A stretch of DNA of 61,459 bases, the filler included. It is 4 parts of 4 records of this genome, joined end to end, with 100 filler letters (N's around TTAATTAATTAA, not from the genome) between each part and the next. Parts side by side here need not be neighbours in the genome. Positions count along the whole stretch, not along the records: positions 44,325 to 56,142 come from DRR378314_938; positions 56,243 to 61,459 come from DRR378314_975; 2 more parts are not named here. One strand, given 5' to 3'. A program made the position numbers and the translations under genes. Positions 53,951 through 61,459 of this stretch are shown in pieces. Under the pieces are notes generated by a model. That model saw only the letters and a program-made list of their open reading frames with translations. It did not search any database and had not been told where the DNA came from. The first letter of the stretch is position 1; each line of letters starts with the position of its first letter.

Positions 53951-54789
53951 TAAAGGTTACACATCCAGGAGTTTATATGTCTATTCAAGATTTTGGAAGA
54001 ATTGGATTTGCTAAAAAAGGGATTCCAAAAGGCGGTGTAATGGATTTTTTCGCGGCTAATTTGGCAAATACACTTTTGAATAATGATATTTCTGACGCTG
54101 TTATCGAAATTACTTTTGGATTTGGGAAATTAGAATTTACATCTAATACCTTTATTTGTTTAACTGGAGGAGATTTTTCTCCAAAGTTGAATGCTATTTC
54201 AATAAAAATGAATTCAATAATTGAGATCAAAAAAGGAGATGTTTTATCGTTTGGAAAGCGGAAATATGGAGCTAGAACTTATTTAGCTGTAGATGAGGGG
54301 ATTCAGTCGGATTTGGTGTTAAATAGTAGAAGTTTTTTTCAAGGAATCACTCCTTTTGATCGGCTTAGAAAAGGAGATGTAGTTCAAATAAGAAGTCAAT
54401 CAAAATTAAATAAAACTAATAATTCTAGAGTTAAGATTGAAAATCAGCATTTTACATCTAGAGAGTTACAATGTTATAAAGGTCCCGAATTTGAAAGGTT
54501 AAACGAAAACCAAAAAGAATCTTTAATGGGATATTTTATAATTTCAGAAGATAATAATCGTGTAGGTTATCGATTAAAAGAATCATTGGAGAATAATTTG
54601 AAGCCTATTTTAACATCTTCAGTCTTGCCTGGTACAGTTCAGTTAACACCGTCTGGGAAATTAATTGTTTTGATGAGAGATTGTCAAGTAACTGGAGGGT
54701 ATCCAAGAATTCTTCAATTGTCAAATGAGAGTATTGATAAATTAGCTCAAAAAATTACAGGTGATATGATTAGGTTTAAGATTATTTAA
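53947..54789 (+). CDS. pxpC: 5-oxoprolinase subunit C (KipA/AHS2)
   Basis: Motifs IQDFGR.G, GARTYLAV, NRVGYRL, PGTVQ and DCQVTGGYP. Confidence 0.93.
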   Translation: MIKVTHPGVYMSIQDFGRIGFAKKGIPKGGVMDFFAANLANTLLNNDISDAVIEITFGFGKLEFTSNTFICLTGGDFSPKLNAISIKMNSIIEIKKGDVLSFGKRKYGARTYLAVDEGIQSDLVLNSRSFFQGITPFDRLRKGDVVQIRSQSKLNKTNNSRVKIENQHFTSRELQCYKGPEFERLNENQKESLMGYFIISEDNNRVGYRLKESLENNLKPILTSSVLPGTVQLTPSGKLIVLMRDCQVTGGYPRILQLSNESIDKLAQKITGDMIRFKII

Positions 54790-54790
54790 A

Positions 54791-54819
54791 AAAAAGCCAC
54801 TCGTAAAAGTAGCTTTTTT
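54791..54819. terminator. Bidirectional terminator between pxpC and hppA
   Basis: AAAAAGCCACT..AGTAGCTTTTT stem flanked by A and T runs. Confidence 0.65.
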
Positions 54820-54836
54820 AATAATTTAAAAAATAA

Positions 54837-56141
54837 TTAATTGTCATTTGTTTCTTCTACATGAACTTCCTTTTTAATCATTTTTTTAATTTTATGATTT
54901 CCTTTATGTAATTCCGTTAATTTGTCAATCTTAGTTTTAACTTCTTCTTTAGTTCCATTAAACTCTTTGATGATTTCTTTTTTAGTGCCATCAACCATAG
55001 AAGCTATTTTAACAGTAGCTGTTACTTGATCTCCATCTCCTTTTGTCATTTCAACTTTTACTTCTTTAGAGATATGTTTACCGTTTATATTGTCATTATC
55101 TGAAATGAACTTTGCATTTGTTTTAATTTCATGCTTAGCTCCGTCTTTATCAACCCAAACTTTTACATCAACATTATTAGCATGAGATTTATCTGCATGT
55201 CCACCTAAAATAGGAGCAACTACTAACCCAATTAAACAAGTAAGTTTAATTAAGATGTTCATAGATGGTCCAGAAGTGTCCTTGAAAGGATCTCCAACAG
55301 TATCGCCAGTTACAGCAGCTTTATGTGCTTCAGAACCTTTGTAAGTCATTTCTCCATTAATCTCTACTCCAGCTTCGAAAGATTTTTTTGCATTGTCCCA
55401 AGCGCCACCTGCATTGTTTTGAAAGATTGCCCAAAGTACTCCACTTACAGTAACACCTGCCATGTAACCACCTAGCATTTCTGCAATTGCTAAATTATTC
55501 ATTCCAAATATCATAGGAACAAAAGCGATAACTAGTGGGAAACCGATAGTTAATAATCCAGGTAGCATCATTTCTTTTAAAGATGCTTCAGTAGAAATTG
55601 CGACACATTTATCGTATTCTGGTTTTCCAGTACCTTCCATTATTCCAGGAATTACTTTAAATTGTCTACGAACTTCTTGAACCATTTCCATGGCAGCTTT
55701 ACCCACGGCATTCATTGCAAGTGCAGAAAATACTACTGGTACCATTCCACCAACAAATAGCATAGCTAAAACTGGTGCTTTAAAAATATTAATTCCGTCA
55801 ATTCCAGTAAAAGTTACATAAGCTGCAAATAAAGCTAATGATGTTAATGCAGCAGAAGCAATTGCAAATCCTTTTCCTGTAGCAGCTGTTGTATTACCAA
55901 CAGAATCTAATATGTCTGTACGCTCTCTAACAATTGGATCTTGTTCGCTCATTTCAGCAATACCCCCTGCATTATCAGAGATTGGTCCGAAAGCATCAAT
56001 TGCTAATTGCATTGCAGTAGTCGCCATCATTGCAGAAGCTGCTAAAGCAACTCCATAAAACCCAGCAAATGCATACGATGCCCAAATTGCACCAGCAAAT
56101 AATAAAACAGACGGGAATGTAGAAATCATTCCTGTTGCTAA
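54837..56141 (-). CDS. hppA: Membrane-bound ion-translocating pyrophosphatase (K+-dependent type), C-terminal half
   Basis: Motifs [22 protein letters not shown] (Ala at the K+-determinant site), GGAWDNAKK and [14 protein letters not shown]. Confidence 0.95.
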   Translation of the reverse strand, partial: LATGMISTFPSVLLFAGAIWASYAFAGFYGVALAASAMMATTAMQLAIDAFGPISDNAGGIAEMSEQDPIVRERTDILDSVGNTTAATGKGFAIASAALTSLALFAAYVTFTGIDGINIFKAPVLAMLFVGGMVPVVFSALAMNAVGKAAMEMVQEVRRQFKVIPGIMEGTGKPEYDKCVAISTEASLKEMMLPGLLTIGFPLVIAFVPMIFGMNNLAIAEMLGGYMAGVTVSGVLWAIFQNNAGGAWDNAKKSFEAGVEINGEMTYKGSEAHKAAVTGDTVGDPFKDTSGPSMNILIKLTCLIGLVVAPILGGHADKSHANNVDVKVWVDKDGAKHEIKTNAKFISDNDNINGKHISKEVKVEMTKGDGDQVTATVKIASMVDGTKKEIIKEFNGTKEEVKTKIDKLTELHKGNHKIKKMIKKEVHVEETNDN

Positions 56142-56142
56142 A

Positions 56143-56242
56143 NNNNNNNNNNNNNNNNNNNNNNNNNNNNNNNNNNNNNNNNNNNNTTAATTAATTAANN
56201 NNNNNNNNNNNNNNNNNNNNNNNNNNNNNNNNNNNNNNNNNN
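56143..56242. other. Artificial contig linker (N44-TTAATTAATTAA-N44)
   Basis: Identical to the other two linkers. Confidence 0.97.
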
Positions 56243-59200
56243 ACGAAGAGGATCTTGACGTAGGACCATAGATTGATCTGCCGAAAGCCGTAGCTCCGCG
56301 AAGCTTCCAAGCGTTCACTCTTGAAAGGCTTTACAACCCAGCGCAAACATAGCGAAAATGAATGCGGCGCGACAATGAGTGAGGACCCTCGCGGATGGGT
56401 CACTGTTTGCGAAGAATTTCCGCACGCTGGAAATGCGACACGTACGAACGAGCAACGAGCGCCGCGGCACTGCTACACGAGAGAGGGCTCTCGTTGGAGA
56501 TCTGGCACGCATATTGAGCCACATCCCCTTTCTCGTGAATCACAAGATACAGAGCGAAAATTCAGACAATACAGAAAATACGAGTACATTTTCGCTTTTC
56601 ATTCTGGTCGTGTACTGCACAGGTAGCCGACCGCCGACCGCACTTTGAGATCCACTCTGCGCGCCAGCGAGCAGTGGCAGGTGCTATGGCAGCGTACCAG
56701 GAGAAACGTTGTGCCGTAAGGAACACTTGTCTCTAACGACTTCGTTCGTTTCAGAAAGTCAAAGATCGAAGCACTGCAAAGAAACGGGTACATAGGTTGT
56801 TATTCGCAGGAAACGAAGCGTTTAAAAACTTATTGTTCTGTTGAACTATGGCCAGAGCTCCACCACTGCTCATCTGAGAGTCCACTCGCCGGCAAGCAAT
56901 TTCACGAGGATTTCGTACACGGCCCTCTACACAATGCACTTTAGAAAGGCACGCTAGTAGAGTCATATCCTATATCTGAGTGTGTTTTCTGCCGATCCTT
57001 TAAAAAAGACGTAAGCATCAGTCCTTGTGCACTTGCTTGCCATTGCTCCTGCGCTCGATCTTCGCCGGCCACGCGGAGCAATTGTCAACTCGCGGTGAGA
57101 TCCGGCATGGCAAAGAGCGAACGACGACGCCGAGGAAGTGCTTCAAAACTCACTTCTTGCTCGGTATATTCTCCACTTCCCTCATTCCCGGTAGCAGATT
57201 CTTCTTCCTCAGCGTCTCATAGGTATGTCGGGCGTACCTGCGTAAAGTGGAAGGCGGAGATTTTGCATGTAAGGCAAGCCCAGTTGCATGGCGCGCGCGC
57301 GCCAAAGAGCTTGGCGAAACGAGTATCCGAGCACGAGGCTAGAAGACGCGTTTCCGCACGCACCAACGTCCGCAGAACGAGCAGACACGTGCAAGCGCGG
57401 CAAAGGAGGCGCGGCCGTTGCAAATATACGGTGCTCGCGTGACCACCCTCAGAATATAATGCGCTCCAGACGCTGCAGAAAATCCTCTGTACTGAAACCA
57501 GGGTAATGCTCGCAGTCCGGGCGAAGTGTAGCGGAGCGGACAGGAAGGTTCTCTCTTTCGCTTTGGGAAACCGTGGCCAGTCGCAACCGCCCTGTCAACG
57601 CAAAATTTGCAAAGCAAGGAGAGGCTAGGTACTTTGCGCGCTCCACAGTACCGCAGTTTCCCTTCCTCTTTCCTTCAATACAGCTATGTAGAAGGATGGT
57701 ACTCGCAATTAAGGTCAGAAGTACGCTACTCCTCTCCGCAGTGGCCATAGTGAGCTGCCTTCTCCAACTTTGAGTGCAGGCCCCGCTGCGGCACGGTGCG
57801 ACCCACGGCAGGACAGAAGCACACGCCACACAGGCAGCTTTGGCACTCGGGCGTTCTTCCACGTGCTACCATAGGCAAAGCGCAACAGCGACGCGAAAAA
57901 CGGCTCCCGCACTCCCTCTTGCCTGCTCACCGAAATCACACAGAGGGATACCATGCTTTGCAAGCGCTATGTGCCCGTGCCATTGCGCAATAGTTGCGTG
58001 TCGAGAAGCATTCCAGACAAGTTCAGGACTCCGCTGTCCTTCCAACCGGCTCGAGCTACCCGCTCCAGGACGAAAGCGCAGGCGGGGTGGGCTCCCTCAG
58101 GCAGTGCACGTCGGAGACGAGCTCGACTAGTTTCCCCGCACGGATACGCTCCGACACGCGGGAAACCAGGAGCACGTCCTGCCAACGCCCACTCCGTCAA
58201 CTTGCCAATACTACTACTAATAATATAGGGTTATGGACGCTATGGCGGTTTTTTTTTCTCGCATCTATAGTATCAGAGGATAGCGCAGGCGAACGAGCGA
58301 AATCTGCACGCAAGCGAGAACAGCCGGCGCGAAGGGGCTGGTTACAGGTTACCGCGCGCGCACGCAGAAACAGGCTCCGCCCAGCAGGAACGAAACGTAC
58401 GTGCGCTCCGAGCGGGAAGAGATGTACGTTGGGCGATGCCGATCCCCAACTTGACCGCTGTGACGAAACACACTTGAAGTTGAAGACTGCAGCGTACTCC
58501 GGGCTTCCAACTCCGAGCCTGAGCTGGAGTCTCGCCGAAGCACTTTCGCGCGCAGCGCACGGGGAGAGAGCATGCTCGCACAAAGGTGAGCACCGTCGCT
58601 CTGGCTGCAGGAGTACTGGCAGTCCCGCCCACAGCGAATAACAAACAGCGAAACCGGCTACGGCAGACCTTGCAGAACCTCGAGCGGTGCGACGCACAAC
58701 CACAGCAGCGTGCCATTTCGCTCCGATGCATCGAGTGAACATAAACCATTCTGTAGGAGTACTAAAGGAATTGCATTGCGCCTTGGGCACAATTAACGCT
58801 CGCGAAGCGAACGGCGAGCCCGCGCGAGCTCACAGCAGCGCTGCCAGCGCGGCCGCGCGCAAGGCTCCTTCGCACAACACAGCTTCCCACTCGATACTGG
58901 TGCTTGGAAACGGCGACATTGGCAACACTCTGCAGAGCAGCGACCAGACCACCAGTGCCTCAGCCCTTGCGTATCCGGCGTACCTGCCTTAAAAAAGCGC
59001 TCCATCCACATTTTTTTCGGTTTAAAGGACAAGAAAGTTCACTCTGTCGACTCCCGGTAAATTTCCAACACTGCTCCGTTCTTCCCTGCGGCTACCTGTG
59101 CTGGTGGAGCGAAAACGAAGCCGAACAGGCGCCTGTCAATCTTCAGCGCGCAACTCGGCTTGCAAATGAATGCTAGTACGCTCTCCCGTATGCTTTGGAG

Positions 59201-60502
59201 TTCTTTTCTCGCGCAGTATCGCTTCCAGGCACGAAATCTCGCACCAGAAGCGGGGAGAGGATTCTCTTGCCGTCCGAGTGGCTTGCCAGAGCTGCCCTTT
59301 CCCCCCGACCTTGCGAGCCAAACTTTGATAACTGGGAGGAAATTTTTTCCAGCAGCAGGACGAGTGAATGGTGCCCGCGCACCTCTGTGAAGGACATGGC
59401 GCAGCGTGCTCAGCTGGCTCGCCGCCGTGCTGAATTGAGACCCCAGCTCAGACCCCCGCTCGCGGACAAAACCAACCCCGGAATTGTTTTACAAGAGAGC
59501 ATGAAACGGGCGCCGCCATCGCCGACGGACCGCCTTTCCGCTGTAAATAGCCCAGAGGGTATTCGAGTCGCCGCAGCACCGACGCTGTCGTATCGGCGAG
59601 AAGGCGCGTTCGTTGGGTTGCAGCTGCCGCCTGCCACCTTAGGCGACGTGCTGATCCGTGTCCGAATGATATGCATGGGAGCTTGAGTGGTGCATGGGAC
59701 ATACATGGATTTGCAAATCCGCATTCTGCTGGCTACACGAGCATTTGCTGCAACAACGAGTATCCGAGGTATTCTCACACGTGGAGCTCGTCTTGACAGA
59801 CCGGTATCTCTGTCGGGGTGCACTGAAGCTACACCGAACCCCGGGCCTCCTTGGCGAGCTCAACACTCCACGTGCTCGAACTCGTCCGTAGATCTCTTCT
59901 AAGCCCGAGTCGACACCCTTGCCTTGTCATCAGAAAGAGCCATGAATGAACAATTCGGCAACCGTGCTGGCAAGAGCTTGTGACGCACTTGGCATACTGA
60001 TGAGACAGCAGCAAAGCGGCTGGGCGGCTCGCGTTGTGTCTGCGACGAGCATAGCAGATGATCCAAACACACACGAAAGAAGGGCTTGATTTTGCGATTT
60101 TTCAAAACAACACGTCTCGGCCGACGCTGAGCGAGGTCCTGCGCCACCGGGTTCTTCGCGCTCATCGCGCCGCGATATGCCTGGGCATTTGCACGGTACG
60201 CTACTCTAACCCGCCAGTGCACGAGGTGGCACATGTGTGAACGGCATTTTGTACACATCTATGCGCATTTTGGCGAGCGCGGCAGCTGCGGTTGGCGGGG
60301 CAAAGCTCGCGGTGGTGCTGACAGAACTGCCTCTTGGGCTTCCCCAAGGAGTTGCCTGTTTGTGCCTGCGTACCAAACTGGAATCCATCCTCCTGGGCTT
60401 TCTTTCTCGCAAAGGACGCGCGCGTCGCACCGCATGCTTGTGTTTATTAATGGCGATTGGGTGACTATCTCGTTTTGTTTCTTGTAGGAGGCTAGACTTG
60501 CA

Positions 60503-61133
60503 ATGCGTAGCGAAGGAAAGCGACCCGCTGTATTGCTGGCGGTTGCTTTCGCGCTGCTGTGCTTCACGACGGGACAGCCGTGGAGCGCGCTCGACGCTGC
60601 GCACGTGAAATACTTCGAAGGCTCGCGCCACGATGCGGAGATCACCGAATGGTGGTACTTTGCATATGTATGTCCATCAAACACCACAGGGTCGCTTTCA
60701 GTAGAAAAGGCGGGCATATTTTTCCTCGGCGTGGTTAACCCGGAGAACAAGCTCGACCTAGGTCTCAGTGTGGTGTACAGCGGGCAGTACGCACGCCAGC
60801 TCGAGGAGCGCGGCGAGCAATCGTACGAACGCGGCACCGTTACAGCACAAGAGGGATTTCGGGCCAGCGATTTCCGCGCATCGTACGATCGAGCGGATGT
60901 TTCTATCGCCAATACCGCATTTCTTTCTGCCGATCCATCGGAGCCTGAGATGAGACTGGATGGGTCCTCTGCGTGCGGCCACGACTGCCGCATTCACGGC
61001 GGACTCCCTGTATTCGACAACCACAATACGAAGTGGAACGTCACGTTCAGAGCAGATCAAAGCTCGGCACCGATGTTCATTGATCGCAACGTGACAAGTA
61101 TATCCGAGCCTTGGATGGCACTGAACTGGCTCG
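60503..61133 (+). CDS. Secreted CrtC/AttH-like (lipocalin-type beta-barrel) protein, probable first large exon
   Basis: Signal peptide AVLLAVAFALLC, EWWYF motif and several NxS/T sequons; GTATGT donor-like site at 61134. Confidence 0.5.
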
Positions 61134-61459
61134 GTATGTTCTACACCTGAAAGAAAAGGACATCTTGTGCACCTGGCAGAGATCCGGTTCGTTCGTCATT
61201 TCCGTATCGCCCGGCCTCGCGAGCAGCGTCGTGCGCGCACCCCGGAGCGCATCCACGCGTGCTTGCTGACAATGCTGCCAAGGCGCCGCGTTCGCGGTGA
61301 GAATTTTATTGCCGTTTACATATCAAAAATGGTCCCGACAAATAATATTTTCTTCTGTATAGACTCTGTTGGCAGTGCTCTGCAGTTACTGTGCTTCGGC
61401 GGCGTAAAGGGCAGTCGGTCGCGTAGCGCGCTTCCCGGGCAGCATCCGCGTGGGTTGCA

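Noticed and set aside
56243..60480. Exon-like pieces in contig D (for example YARHTYETLRKKNLLPGMREVENIPSKK near 57150-57237 on the minus strand, and ORF 59195-59686)
   Set aside because: Splice-like boundaries exist, but no consistent gene model or family could be supported.

Overview
The window is not one genome segment. It is four unrelated contigs joined by artificial 100-nt spacers (N44-TTAATTAATTAA-N44 at 17458-17557, 44225-44324 and 56143-56242), so nothing should be inferred across those joins. Contig A (1-17457) is a GC-rich Rhodobacteraceae/Roseobacter-type alphaproteobacterium. It carries hemC, a membrane desaturase, a GH25 muramidase, hemF, an SDR, an RsmC-like methyltransferase, clpS, a HAD hydrolase, a D,D-carboxypeptidase and the cbb3 oxidase cluster ccoN'OQP / ccoGHIS, which is split by a LysR gene and a small gene. 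Contig B (17558-44224) is an intron-containing eukaryote with Elp1, GUCD1-like, FKBP12, the RNR large subunit, SETD9-like, an intronless bacterial-type YdeI/OmdA gene and the 3' end of isovaleryl-CoA dehydrogenase. Contig C (44325-56142) is an AT-rich Flavobacteriaceae member with dnaE', rpsP-rimM-yfiC, saccharopine dehydrogenase, DUF423, pckA, a disrupted DUF2891 followed by an NRAMP-like gene and pxpABC, and hppA'. Contig D (56243-61459) is probably eukaryotic and mostly uninterpretable, apart from a secreted CrtC/AttH-like gene. The best leads are: (1) a candidate bacterium-to-eukaryote transfer of YdeI with an added N-terminal extension; (2) a perfect orphan FNR box beside a hairpin-rich segment in the cco cluster (candidate oxygen-regulated sRNA); (3) twin CGAGA-loop hairpins in the rpsP leader; (4) a probable non-AUG start of yfiC; (5) the DUF2891/NRAMP-like/pxpABC module. 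All family calls come from motif recognition by eye; no database search was run.
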